Positions 1 to 9,982 of a stretch of DNA of 64,000 nucleotides are shown here, piece by piece. Each line of letters opens with the position of its first letter. Positions within the stretch are counted from its first letter, which is position 1. A program made the position numbers and the translations under genes. This DNA comes from an uncultured Alphaproteobacteria bacterium (GTDB lineage Bacteria > Electryoneota > RPQS01), in NCBI GenBank assembly GCA_964406405.1, contig CAYORN010000004.1, forward strand, positions 1 through 64,000, written 5' to 3'. The notes under the pieces are model-generated. The model had not been told where the DNA came from, did not search any database, and saw nothing but the letters and a program-made list of their open reading frames with translations.

Positions 1-19
1 TTGTCAGGGGCTCTAAGTC

Positions 20-81
20 TGGCGGAGAGACGGGGATTCGAACCCCGGATACCGGTTGTGCCAGTATGCACGCCTTCCAAG
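20..81 (-). repeat. 62-nt direct repeat identical to the 3' part (anticodon loop through CCA) of tRNA-Ser(GGA) at 16629..16690; putative distal att site of a tRNA-integrated island
   Basis: 62/62 identity to 16629..16690 in the same orientation; identity ends abruptly on both sides. Confidence 0.8.
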
Positions 82-317
82 GGTTGCAAAGTACGGTATT
101 TTCAGGTCAAACGCGATGACATCAGGCCAGTTCTCGGGCGATTTGTCGTGCGGAGGCGTGTGAGTTAGAGCATCCAGATCGGACCAAGGGGGCTTGTTAA
201 TCGGCTTATGAGAGTCCGCTACGGCAATTGCTCGCCAAATGCGAATTAGCCTCGCAGAATCGGGGTAGGGAAGAGGCTGTTTTCGCGAGGCGGTTACTGA
301 TCAGACGATGGCGATTG

Positions 318-346
318 ACAAAAAGGCTCCCCATTGCTGAGGAGCC
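318..346 (-). terminator. Rho-independent terminator (minus strand): stem GGCTCC/GGAGCC with 10-nt loop followed by TTTTTGT
   Basis: hairpin ggctcc-ccattgctga-ggagcc at ~325..346, with A-run 318..324 on plus (T-run on minus); ~75 nt downstream of the stop of CDS 422..1006. Confidence 0.6.
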
Positions 347-421
347 GTTCGCTTGTCGAAATCAGCCGCTGTTCGAGGTGTGTTGATCTATGAGACTTGA
401 ATGCCCAAGGCGGGATTGTAT

Positions 422-1006
422 TCATCGGCGCATGATCTCGCTTCCAGTATTCTGATGACGGCCTTTTGTTGGTTGCGTTGTGATGGAGCCGTTGCCGGGC
501 ATGTGAATGGCGGCGGGAGCGCTGCCCGCGCTGGAGGTCACATTGTAGAAGTACTTCGAGGCCGGCAAGGACACGGCCCCCACGTCCGTGAATGTGTTCG
601 TCGCGCTCGTGCCCAGCAGATTTAGCGGACCGGGCGTGAACGTGGGTGTCACGTCGCGATAGATCGTGTAGAGCATAGCACCGTTGATTGCGCCCCAATC
701 GAGCTTCATGTTCGTTGACGCGGGTTGACGCCGGATTACCAAGTCCTGAATCGGGCTTAAGGGCGAAGCCGCAAACGAGGGTGTAAGAAAACCTGCCGAG
801 AGCACGAAGTTCGCACTGGAGGAGATGCCGATGGGCGTGGGCTGGCCGAAGGCGCTGTACAACCGGAAGTCAGCCGAGGTACTCGCTGCTCCGCCCGCAT
901 CCAAGACGCTCTTGGTGATGCGGAAGTTTTCGCTCTGTTGCGGTTGAGCAAAGAGTGCAGAACCGCACAATAGTGCGCAGATGAGGATGAACAGAACACG
1001 TTTCAT
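422..1006 (-). CDS. hypothetical secreted protein (signal peptide), last gene of a 3-gene minus-strand operon
   Basis: ORF with N-terminal hydrophobic signal peptide MKRVLFILICALLCGSALFA; start overlaps stop of upstream gene 1008..3104. Confidence 0.5.
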   Translation of the reverse strand: MKRVLFILICALLCGSALFAQPQQSENFRITKSVLDAGGAASTSADFRLYSAFGQPTPIGISSSANFVLSAGFLTPSFAASPLSPIQDLVIRRQPASTNMKLDWGAINGAMLYTIYRDVTPTFTPGPLNLLGTSATNTFTDVGAVSLPASKYFYNVTSSAGSAPAAIHMPGNGSITTQPTKGRHQNTGSEIMRR

Positions 1007-1007
1007 C

Positions 1008-3104
1008 TTACTTCCCCTCCTTCATGGTCTTTTGTTCAGCAGCTTCGAGCGTCTGCACCCGAGCGCGCAGAGCAGTGTTCTCCACTTCCACGGCTTCGAG
1101 TCGCTTCGCCAACTCCTGAATGGCCGCCAGCGCGATGCCGTCGGGGTCAATCGTGGAAATGCCGAGGCTGTCCTCGCCGAGATGGAACGCGCTCCAGAAA
1201 TCCTGCGCCATCGGACCGATGTGCTCGATGGATGGGTCTTGCGACTTGTAGCTCCATTGCTTGATCGGAAGCTGAGCCACTCTGTTGAGCACATCCTTCG
1301 TATCCACGAGCCGGAGGTTGCGCTTCAGGGTGGAATCGGAAACGGCCACCCATGCGCCTGCGCCTGCCGCCAAAGTCACACCAGAGGTGAGAGTGGAATT
1401 GGAGTAGATTTGTGTCCCACCCGAGGCTCTCACGCGGAACTGATTGTTGGCCATGGAGGAGAATAAGGTGTTGGTCGAATCGGCCCACACGAACGAGCCT
1501 ACATTATCCGCGTTGGCGTTACGTCCGGCGGCAAATGCATAGCGCGCGCTGGCGGTGTTGTTGTATCCGCCTGGAACAACAGCGCAGAAATCCGATGCGA
1601 CGTTGCTGTAGCCGCCGCCCACCGTAGCACGGTCACCGCTGGCATCGTTGATGTGGCCGCCGCCCACGGTAGCATAGTTGCCGCTGGCAGTATTTTTTGC
1701 CCCCCCACCAATAGCCGAATAATCGCCTGTGGCAGAATTGCTGTCAGCAAGTGAGGCCCCACCGCCGCCGGCGACGACCGCGTAATCTCCTCGGGCATGA
1801 TTGAACCGGCCGCCGCCCACCGTGGCGTGGTCGCCGCTGGCAGTGTTTGAAGCGCCGCCGCCCACGGTGGCATAATCGGTGGCAGTGTTGTTTTCGCCGC
1901 CGCCGACTGTCGCCGATGCACCGCTGGCATTATTGGTTTTGCCGCCACCGATCGTCGCCCAAGTGTTGCTGGCGATGTTTCTTGACCCGCCGCCAATCGT
2001 TGACTTGTCTCCTGTCGCTGAATTTGAGTCAGCCAAGGCTGGACCACCGCCACCAGCTACTACCGAGTATTGGCCACGTGCTGCATTGTGCGATCCTCCA
2101 CTCACCGTGGCTGCAGATCCGCCGGCAGTGTTGCCGTCTCCTCCTCCCACGGTGGCCCTATCTGAACTAGCATTGTTGTTTTGGCCGCCGCCGACCGTGG
2201 CGAAGCCTGCGGTGGCAGCATTGTTACCTCCACCACATGAAACGGCAAAGGGGGCAGAGGCGGTGTTGTAACTCCCGCCACCCACCGTGGCATACATACT
2301 TGCCGTGTTTGAAATGCCGCCGCCCACTGTAGCCCATGAGCCGCTGGCGGCATTTGATTCGCCGCCGCCCACTGTGGCAGCGCGGCTGGCAGTGTTTCCG
2401 CTGCCGCCGCTTACCGTGGCATGGTAGTCGCTGGCGGTGTTGCCAACGCCGCCGCCCACCGTGGCTGTCCAGGCGGTGGCAGTGTTTGAGGAGCCGCCCC
2501 CCACCGTGGCAGCTTGGCCGCTGGCCACATTCGCGCCGCCGCCACCCACCGTGGCATACCAGTAACTGGCAGTGTTATCAAAGCCGCCGCCGACCGTGGA
2601 ATAGTCGCCGGATGCCGTATCGTACGCTCCTGCCACGAAAGCATTGAGCCCGGGATTTGAATTGTATTGGCCGATATTCGCCTTGTCCGCAATGGTCACA
2701 GCACTTGTGATGGCACCGCCACTGGCGCCATCTACGGTTCCCACGCGATAGGAATAGCCAACCGAGACAACGCGCGAGCGGGGTGTCATCTCGGAGTTGT
2801 TGCCGACTGTAATGCCCAGCCAGACTTGCGCATTATTGAAAACAGCATCACCAAGAGTGGTTATCTGTCCGAGCCGAACATTGAAGAGGCCATCAGTAAT
2901 CGTCACGGATGGACGCGCTTCCGTCCACAGCAGACTTCCCGCCGTGGAATCGGTGTAGATTTTGAAGGTCATGGCTACGGTGGTGTCCAACGGACTCCCG
3001 TCCGTGGCGGTGAGGAAGCCCTGATAGTTAACCTGCTGCGGGACGGCGAACGCAATCGAAACCGTCATGACAAAGAGAATCAAATTGAGAATGTGGCGTT
3101 GCAT
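1008..3104 (-). CDS. tail-fibre-like surface protein: signal peptide, ~25 tandem Gly-rich 13-aa repeats (ATVGGGxxNTASxxx) and a C-terminal peptidase-S74 intramolecular-chaperone auto-processing domain
   Basis: C-terminus SDSTLKRNLRLVD...WSYK...EHIGPMAQDF followed by coiled coil matches the S74 chaperone-domain signature (SDxxLKxNI...YxYK...HIGxIAQE). Start taken at internal Met (MQRHILNLILFVMTVSIAFA signal peptide) rather than the TTG at 3284. Confidence 0.75.
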   Translation of the reverse strand: MQRHILNLILFVMTVSIAFAVPQQVNYQGFLTATDGSPLDTTVAMTFKIYTDSTAGSLLWTEARPSVTITDGLFNVRLGQITTLGDAVFNNAQVWLGITVGNNSEMTPRSRVVSVGYSYRVGTVDGASGGAITSAVTIADKANIGQYNSNPGLNAFVAGAYDTASGDYSTVGGGFDNTASYWYATVGGGGANVASGQAATVGGGSSNTATAWTATVGGGVGNTASDYHATVSGGSGNTASRAATVGGGESNAASGSWATVGGGISNTASMYATVGGGSYNTASAPFAVSCGGGNNAATAGFATVGGGQNNNASSDRATVGGGDGNTAGGSAATVSGGSHNAARGQYSVVAGGGGPALADSNSATGDKSTIGGGSRNIASNTWATIGGGKTNNASGASATVGGGENNTATDYATVGGGASNTASGDHATVGGGRFNHARGDYAVVAGGGGASLADSNSATGDYSAIGGGAKNTASGNYATVGGGHINDASGDRATVGGGYSNVASDFCAVVPGGYNNTASARYAFAAGRNANADNVGSFVWADSTNTLFSSMANNQFRVRASGGTQIYSNSTLTSGVTLAAGAGAWVAVSDSTLKRNLRLVDTKDVLNRVAQLPIKQWSYKSQDPSIEHIGPMAQDFWSAFHLGEDSLGISTIDPDGIALAAIQELAKRLEAVEVENTALRARVQTLEAAEQKTMKEGK

Positions 3105-3390
3105 GGGGAATCTCCATTTTCGGTTACTGTGAGAAATATTGGCGTTGTAATTATAATTAGAGCATTCAGAACCGTTTGCCGGCTCACGGCGGAAACGGTT
3201 TATTTTTGGGAAGTATTTCACATTCTGAAGGAAGGATTTTGTTGCGTTGCCTGTCGGGTGTGTTGCCAAAATATCTGGCGCCAAGGAAAACTACGCCACG
3301 AATAATTTCGGCAAGACGGATCCCGGCGAAGCACACACAGCATGCCTCACCTTCAGAATGAACTCGTACGTGTCGCGCCTGAATGACGCC

Positions 3391-6300
3391 CTATCTGTTT
3401 GCAATCACTCGATAGAACAGTTTGTCCTGTACCGAATACGACGTGGTGATTGTGGTGTCCGGCGTCGTGGTCAGGAGACTGAATCCACTGTCGGGAGTGT
3501 TCGAGCGTTGCACATCATAACTGGTGGCGAAGCCCACCGGATTCCAATAGAGCCGTAATTGCGCACCGTCCACTCGCATGACCAGCACCGGTGGCGAAAG
3601 CGTGATCACCAACACGGTTTGCACTCCCGACCACGGCCCTGGCCCACAAGTGTTTTCACCCCTTACGCGCCAGTACCATATGCCGAGCGGCGCGCTCAGG
3701 ATTTGGTTGTAGCACAGCGCGGCGGTGTTGGCCGCAACGGGGGAGCCGAACTGCGCGTCGTCATCCCACTGGATGCGATACGTGGAGGCGTTGGCTACGG
3801 CAAGCCAGCAATACTGCTGTACGATGCCGCTCAGCACAACGGCGCCATTTCCGGGATTGCCCAGAGCGGGAGCTTGAGTGACGGTGGGGAGTAAAAGCCC
3901 CTGATCGGGCAGCGAGGCAGGTCCAGTACCACAGGTATTCCATCCGGAGACGGTGTAACTGTACGTTCCGGTTGGAGGTGTGTCCGTGCACGTCAGAATA
4001 TTCGCACCGACGGAGCACACTTGCTGGCCATTGCGATAAACGTAATATCCGTTCTCTCCCGCCACATCATTCCAGGTGATGACGATGTTGTTGCAACTGT
4101 TGTCCGTGGCGGCGACGCCGGTGACCTGCGGAGGCGGGGCAAGACGGGTGCCATTGTCGGAAAGAGATTGAAATCCATTGCCGCAGGAGTTATAGGCGTA
4201 GACGATGTAAGCATAGGTCCCCGGAGCGGGCGTATCAACACCGTTCGTTATGTTGGCATCCACGGTGTCGACAATGCCGCCGTTGCGGCAGACGTAGTAC
4301 CCGTCCTCGTTGCTGACATCATTCCAGGTAATGACGACGTTGTTGCAGTGGTCATCGGTGGCGGTGACGCCGGTGACTTGCGGCGGCAGACAGCAGCTCG
4401 GATTGGCGCACGCAGGACCAAGGTCCGTTACCTGTAGGCCATAGTTACCGGTAGCAGTCCCGTAGCCATGCACGAGAATCAAGTACTCCTCGCCAAGCCG
4501 AGAGCACCAGCCGACCTGCGAGACCAATGGGTTAAAGCAGTTGCTATTGTCGTTTTCGGCCGCGCAGACGAGAGCCGAACAGCCGCAGGTAAAGACGGAG
4601 ATTCTGCTATTGTAATTCGTCTCGTTGAGGCACAGGGTCGCCATCAGACTGTCGCCGGTTCCGATGACTTTGTGCCACACGCCAGGCGCCGTTGCCGGCG
4701 AGGAACATGCCGGAATTTCATCTAATGTGGCGCAGACAGTAGATCCAACATTCAAGTGATTTACCCCGACGACGATGGCATTCGCACACTGATCGTTGGA
4801 TGGTGGGCCTGTTGTGCCAACAACACGGATGCAGAAATCCCCTGCCGGAACAATCGCTACTGGCAGCCAGTACTGACCCGGGGAGAGGCCACCCCAGTGG
4901 AATGTAAACCGTGCATCAGCGCAAGTCGTTTGGTCAAACTCCAGCATGGTGTAATTTGTACCACAACATGATCCCGGGAAGAGACGGTTAAGAACCGAGC
5001 CATAAACAGGAGTCCCACAATACTGGACAGAGATATCCATGCACTGACTCAAGCTAAAGGTGTACCAAACTTCCGTCATTTCTATGGGAGTCTGCGCGCA
5101 ATCGCGTGTTGAGCCCAGGGTCGTGCCACATGTGGGTGTCGCCGCATTCACCGTAAGCGGAATCGCATTAGCGCAGTTGTCATTGAGGGGAGCGCAAGGC
5201 CTCCAGTTGATCTGAACCCGATAATCGCGGGGGAATGGCACACCCTCGTAGTTCTGCGGAGCGATGACGAGTGCGTACGTACCCGGGTTCAGGCAGGCCG
5301 TTCTCATGTCCATGCTCATGCATTCGGACGGATTCATGTAGGACATAGCTACCGTGCAGTTGCTTGTGTCCACGATGCTGACGAATAACGGGCACTCGGC
5401 GCCCCATGCGATCAGCTCGACGGTGTCGCGCTCCGCCAGAGTAAACAGGTACCAATCAGTATCGCGGTAAACGAAGCCGCCATACCTGTAAGTAAAGACA
5501 TGGCCGAATATGGTTTGGCCGTTCTGTACGGAGCTGAATTGGTGGGGAGTGGAATTGCAACCACCGTCAGGGTCAGTTTGCCAGAAGGTAGGATTGGAGC
5601 AATCCTCTGCGACCTCGATGACGTCCCCCGGTGTAGCCGTGACATCGCAGTTCGGGCACATTACGGCCTCGAGCACGTAATCCCCGCACGCGCCGCCGTA
5701 GCCGTCCACCACGACGTAGTACGTGTTCCCGGCATAGAGTTGAAGGCACTCGAGGTACGAGCGAAACGAAGCGGAGGCGCAGGGGCAGATCGAAGCATCG
5801 TCGCTGCAGGCGATGGGTGTCCCACTGCAGGAGTTCTGATAAACGTACAGCTTGGTGTCATAGCTCGAACGACACAAGCTGAAGCTTACCTGCTGATCGG
5901 TCGAGGGACTGTAGAAGTAAACCACGTCACTTGAGGTACTGCTCCACGAGCAGGCATAGTCGTAATCGTTGGCGTAGCTGCATGTACTGCCCGTCCCTCT
6001 AAACGGCAGAGACATGAAAATTGGGTTCGTGCAGTTGTCGCCTTGTGGCGCCTGGCGGCTGACGTTGAGGGTATAGTTGCCCGAATAAGAAGCGTATCCA
6101 TCGACCAGAATGTAATAAGTAGTACCGGCGTTCAGATAGGGACTGACCTGCGATCCCGTGCCGCAGTAATCGTCGTTGCAAGCCAGCGATGTACTGCCCG
6201 GACAAGAACCGCCATATCTAACATCAAGCATCGTGTCATAACCGCTGCCGCAGAGCGAAACATCATAAGTACCGGAGACCGTTGGTGTGAAGGTGTACAC

Positions 6301-7185
6301 TGCATCAGCCGCAGAAGGTCCACCACACGCAGGAATGTACTCGTTGCCCATGCCAGATGTGTTTTGAGAGTCTGTGAAGGGGACGGCTGAAATGGTGAGG
6401 CCCGGACAAACGTCAGGCCCGGAAGGTGGCGGCGGACCAGTGACAGTGAGTGTGTAGTTGCCGGAGTTGCTGCCATAACCGTCTACGATGATATAGTACG
6501 TTGTACCGGCATAGAGCGGCATGATGGTGATCTCGGATTGCAGACCACAGAAGTCGTCGTTGCAAAGTACAACCGTGCTGCCCGGACATCCTCCGCCATA
6601 GCGAAGTTCCAGCTCGGTATCAAAGCCGCTGCCGCAGAGCGAAACGGTGTGAGTTCCCGATACGACCGGCGTGTATTGATAAACAACGTCGGACGCGGAA
6701 CTGTTGCCGCAGCTCGGAGTGAAGTCATTCGACATCCCAGCCGTGGTTCCTGCATCGGAGTACGGAATGCCGGGAATCACAAGCGCGGGACAGTAGTCGG
6801 AGCCTTGGTCGAGCGGGTTGCCCGGCTCGCGCGGCCCGCGAATCTGTGCCAGCACTTGCAGAATCTGTCCGTCAATAACTTTCAGATTCTCACCGCGCAG
6901 TTCCATTTCCTTGCGCTGCCGAACCAGTTCGTTCAGCTCGTCTTGATGAGGATTCGGGGCCGTAAACTGCGGCGACGCGCCGGGGGCAATCGCTGAGAGC
7001 ATCTGCGAGTTTGAAGCACGTGCGTTGTTCAACACAGGAGACGGAGCGGTCGGAACGAGTTCGCTGGCGGACGTTGCCGGAATCGCTTTCGCCGGTTTAG
7101 CGGAATCAGGGGCGGGTTTTTGATCGGCGACGGACATCAAACATACGAGACCGAGAGCAGCAAACAAGAGAAAGAGCTTCTTCAC
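3391..7185 (-). CDS. large secreted multi-domain protein (1264 aa): signal peptide, coiled coil, four ~110-aa pre-peptidase C-terminal (PPC)-like repeats, Cys-rich modules, C-terminal Fn3-like domains
   Basis: repeated module '...DVVY.YTP.VSGT..VSLCGSG.DT.L..RYGG.CPGST...CNDD.CG...AGTTYYI.VDGY....GNYTL.V' x4; N-terminal MKKLFLLFAALGLVCLMSVA. Confidence 0.7.
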   Translation of the reverse strand: MKKLFLLFAALGLVCLMSVADQKPAPDSAKPAKAIPATSASELVPTAPSPVLNNARASNSQMLSAIAPGASPQFTAPNPHQDELNELVRQRKEMELRGENLKVIDGQILQVLAQIRGPREPGNPLDQGSDYCPALVIPGIPYSDAGTTAGMSNDFTPSCGNSSASDVVYQYTPVVSGTHTVSLCGSGFDTELELRYGGGCPGSTVVLCNDDFCGLQSEITIMPLYAGTTYYIIVDGYGSNSGNYTLTVTGPPPPSGPDVCPGLTISAVPFTDSQNTSGMGNEYIPACGGPSAADAVYTFTPTVSGTYDVSLCGSGYDTMLDVRYGGSCPGSTSLACNDDYCGTGSQVSPYLNAGTTYYILVDGYASYSGNYTLNVSRQAPQGDNCTNPIFMSLPFRGTGSTCSYANDYDYACSWSSTSSDVVYFYSPSTDQQVSFSLCRSSYDTKLYVYQNSCSGTPIACSDDASICPCASASFRSYLECLQLYAGNTYYVVVDGYGGACGDYVLEAVMCPNCDVTATPGDVIEVAEDCSNPTFWQTDPDGGCNSTPHQFSSVQNGQTIFGHVFTYRYGGFVYRDTDWYLFTLAERDTVELIAWGAECPLFVSIVDTSNCTVAMSYMNPSECMSMDMRTACLNPGTYALVIAPQNYEGVPFPRDYRVQINWRPCAPLNDNCANAIPLTVNAATPTCGTTLGSTRDCAQTPIEMTEVWYTFSLSQCMDISVQYCGTPVYGSVLNRLFPGSCCGTNYTMLEFDQTTCADARFTFHWGGLSPGQYWLPVAIVPAGDFCIRVVGTTGPPSNDQCANAIVVGVNHLNVGSTVCATLDEIPACSSPATAPGVWHKVIGTGDSLMATLCLNETNYNSRISVFTCGCSALVCAAENDNSNCFNPLVSQVGWCSRLGEEYLILVHGYGTATGNYGLQVTDLGPACANPSCCLPPQVTGVTATDDHCNNVVITWNDVSNEDGYYVCRNGGIVDTVDANITNGVDTPAPGTYAYIVYAYNSCGNGFQSLSDNGTRLAPPPQVTGVAATDNSCNNIVITWNDVAGENGYYVYRNGQQVCSVGANILTCTDTPPTGTYSYTVSGWNTCGTGPASLPDQGLLLPTVTQAPALGNPGNGAVVLSGIVQQYCWLAVANASTYRIQWDDDAQFGSPVAANTAALCYNQILSAPLGIWYWRVRGENTCGPGPWSGVQTVLVITLSPPVLVMRVDGAQLRLYWNPVGFATSYDVQRSNTPDSGFSLLTTTPDTTITTSYSVQDKLFYRVIANR

Positions 7186-7598
7186 GTGATACTCCGGTTA
7201 CATGATAAAATGTTCACAAGAGACGCATAAAAGAAAAGCGGGCACACGGCCCGCTTGCTACTCAACGCTGATATATCTGACCCAGCCGGGTCTGACAATG
7301 TGCTGGCCTTAAATAAACAGCCCAATTTTGGCAAAGTCAAGAACCATCATGATTCGCTTCAACTTTTCATGATTCTCTAAGACTCTATGAGCATTCAACC
7401 TAAACCTAATGATCCCCGCAAGCAACGCCTGTAAGAGAAATTGCCTCGCGAAACTCTCTCCCTTTGGACATTCGTGGCCCGCATCCGGGTAAGATGATCT
7501 CGATCAGATCACTGCAGGTCTTGCCCGCTGGCATGTTTCCTATCGGCTCGCCGATGGAGCGCAAGTTGCCACGGAAACCCGCTCCCACGCGTGCCATA

Positions 7599-7630
7599 CA
7601 CCACCACCTTCGCTATGATGGTGATGAAGG
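7599..7630 (-). repeat. conserved ~32-nt intergenic motif, copy 1 (core cttcgctatgatggtgatgaagg on plus)
   Basis: 23/23 core identity with copies at 11151..11173 and 14066..14088; lies ~420 nt upstream of minus-strand CDS 3391..7185. Confidence 0.7.
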
Positions 7631-7906
7631 GCGACAACCAGTGCTGATTGCAAGTTCTCAGCTTGACGCTGCGCGGCATCTCGATGCCCTTTGGCCTTCG
7701 TCATTTTTGCCATGAGGGTGATGAAGGTGAGCCTTCAAGTCAGATGCTCCGTAGTTGAGTCACATCTGGGTCACGCAAGTGAGTGCAAGTGCCACCAAGT
7801 GACGACAAGTGACGGCCAATGTCGTGACCTGTGTCACGGGCCTTGGGGTGCGGAAGAGCTTGATTTCGCGGGGGTGTTACTGTCTGGGCGAGGCTGACGA
7901 GAAACA

Positions 7907-7932
7907 GGCTCCCCATTGCGGAGGAGCCGGCT
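7907..7932 (-). terminator. terminator-like hairpin (minus strand), near-identical in sequence to the hairpin at 325..346
   Basis: ggctcc-ccattgcgga-ggagcc ~25 nt downstream of the stop of CDS 7952..9391; followed on minus by TGTTTCT (weak T tract). Confidence 0.45.
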
Positions 7933-7951
7933 GAACTTCCGTCATCGAGGA

Positions 7952-9391
7952 CTACTTCAAGAGCATGAGTTTCTTATTCTGCAAGAACTCTTCTGCATCC
8001 AGCCGCACGAAGTAAATTCCCGATGCCAGCCTGCTCCCGTCAAACGTCAGGCGATGAGTTCCGGCTTCAACAAAGCCATCTCTCAGCACGGCCACTTCAC
8101 GCCCCAGCAGATCAAACACGCGCAGGGAGACATGCCCCGCTCTGGGAAGATCGTAAGCAATCATCGTCGAAGCGTTGAACGGATTCGGGTAGTTCTGGTA
8201 GAGCGCGTAGTCCTCGATTAAGGCAGGAGTGGGCATCAACGCCGTCGTTTCGACTGTGACGCAGGCGCACCCTTCATTGTCCGTCAGGTTGGTAACCCGT
8301 AGGATCCACGTCGAGTCGGAGACCCAGAACGATTGCTGGTGGAACGCTCCCACCGGAGGACAACCATCGTCTCCGCAGAAACTCGCGCAATCCAGGCTGA
8401 CCGTGAACAACGGCTCCCCGCCTTCATTGCTGTAGAAAAACACCTCCCGGGTTCCGCCCGGCGTCAGATGCAGACACGTGGATATTTCTGGCGTAATGAC
8501 GATTTCCGCCAACTCGCAGGGCGCTTCGCTGAGGTAGTGATCATACAATGTGTCCAGACTTTCATCAGCCGAACGGGTTCGACGCGGCAACGCCGGAATT
8601 GCCGCCGCTCCCTGCTCTGTCTCCGGACCGGAATACGACCAGCGGGCTGAATCCAACAGCAGGCATTTGGCGGCAATGATGCTGTCGAGTAGAACTCTGT
8701 GGTGCGCGTACGGCTGATGCTCAAGCCACGAGCCGGATCCCGAGAACCCTGCGGCGACCGCGGCAGCACGCAAGGCAGCGCGCAGCGAATCCACCACCTG
8801 TCGCTCGCCCCAAGCCATCAAGCCCACATCGCCGTATCTCACTCGCCCACTGTAGCCCTGTGGATGCGGGCTGCTGGAATGGATAATCCCGCCGAACGTG
8901 TCGGTGACCGAATGAATCGTGTCATTGGGAGCCAGCGACGACCAACAGGACACAACCTGAACCAGAACCACAGAGTCCGGCTTGGCCATCAGCCGGTAAG
9001 GCTGATAGTCGGTGAGTCCGGTTCCGCCGCCTTCGCTACCCTGCGGAGCAAAACCGGAGTGGTTATTGCCGTTGATCAGAATGCCGCCGCCGGCAATCAG
9101 CTCGCCGCCTTCCAGCTCGGTTCGGATGCCGTGGGCGATGACAATGAACGTATCACCGCTATGCGTCGTGCACCAGATGCTGTTGATGTCTCCGCCGACC
9201 GCCAGCGTGTCGCCCGGTCGAGCGATCTCATGATAGTAGCCCTCCATGAACGAAGCGATGCCGCTGTTCGACTCTTCTGATATCCAGACTACCTTGCGGG
9301 CGTGACCCGGGTTGGCTGAAATCATCATGATCAGTACGAGTGCTGTTATCAATCCCGCACATGTGAGACGTCTCATGTTGGTCTCCTTCAC
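7952..9391 (-). CDS. secreted protein with T9SS (Por) C-terminal sorting domain; function unknown
   Basis: C-terminus ...[33 protein letters not shown]...[22 protein letters not shown]; N-terminal signal peptide. Confidence 0.7.
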   Translation of the reverse strand: MKETNMRRLTCAGLITALVLIMMISANPGHARKVVWISEESNSGIASFMEGYYHEIARPGDTLAVGGDINSIWCTTHSGDTFIVIAHGIRTELEGGELIAGGGILINGNNHSGFAPQGSEGGGTGLTDYQPYRLMAKPDSVVLVQVVSCWSSLAPNDTIHSVTDTFGGIIHSSSPHPQGYSGRVRYGDVGLMAWGERQVVDSLRAALRAAAVAAGFSGSGSWLEHQPYAHHRVLLDSIIAAKCLLLDSARWSYSGPETEQGAAAIPALPRRTRSADESLDTLYDHYLSEAPCELAEIVITPEISTCLHLTPGGTREVFFYSNEGGEPLFTVSLDCASFCGDDGCPPVGAFHQQSFWVSDSTWILRVTNLTDNEGCACVTVETTALMPTPALIEDYALYQNYPNPFNASTMIAYDLPRAGHVSLRVFDLLGREVAVLRDGFVEAGTHRLTFDGSRLASGIYFVRLDAEEFLQNKKLMLLK

Positions 9392-9576
9392 AGTAAAAGG
9401 CAGCTGGCATAGGAGTTGAAACCACGCGCCTCAGCTTCCGGTGCAGTGCACGCGCAAAAAAGGCGAGGCTTCCTGCCCCTGCGGGAAACCTCGTTGCAAA
9501 GTATGGACCTTTAGTGAAACTGCCCCGGTCACACCGTGCACAGGCGCGGCTGGAGTGTACCCCAAAAACTGGACAG

Positions 9577-9741
9577 TCAGAAGTGTAGCGTTAGATGGGG
9601 TGTTTGGGGTTGTTTTAGTTTAAGTTCGAAGGCGACCGGGGATAGATATCCGAGAGCCGAGTGCAAGCGTTTCCGGTTGTAAACTTGGTCAATGAAGTAG
9701 GGCAGCCGCGCCTGTGCCTCTTCGAATGTTTTGTATGCCTT
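9577..9741 (-). pseudogene. remnant of an IS3-family transposase (C-terminal end of the DDE/rve domain only)
   Basis: translation ...KTFEEAQARLPYFIDQVYNRKRLHSALGYLSPVAFE matches the conserved C-terminus of IS3-family OrfB (..YNxxRxHSxLGYxSPxxFE); no upstream remainder of the transposase. Confidence 0.6.
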
Positions 9742-9743
9742 CG

Positions 9744-9775
9744 GCCTCGTTTTCTCGCTATGATGGTGATGAAGG
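9744..9775 (-). repeat. conserved ~32-nt intergenic motif, copy 2 (core tctcgctatgatggtgatgaagg); abuts the IS3 remnant
   Basis: 22/23 core identity with other copies; ~355 nt upstream of CDS 7952..9391. Confidence 0.65.
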
Positions 9776-9982
9776 TAGCTACTCATGCGAATGGTTCGTA
9801 TGCCATGCATGCCACTATGCGGCCACATATTCAATCCCCGGAATCGTTTTATTCTCTTGCACAGCGATGCGGTGCTTGCTGGTGCAGGTGCTGTTGTCGC
9901 CCTCTTGCTCAATGACGCTGGCGGAAAGCACTCGGCACTAAACTATATCTCTCAAACCAGGCGCCAAGGGAACAAGTGCCAA

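Noticed and set aside
1022-3305. Multiple overlapping ORFs on both strands inside 1008..3284 (e.g. 1499..2053, 1879..2271, 2667..3305)
   Set aside because: They are Pro/Arg/Trp-rich alternative-frame translations of the Gly-rich repeat gene. Only the frame giving the ATVGGG repeats and the S74 domain is biologically coherent.
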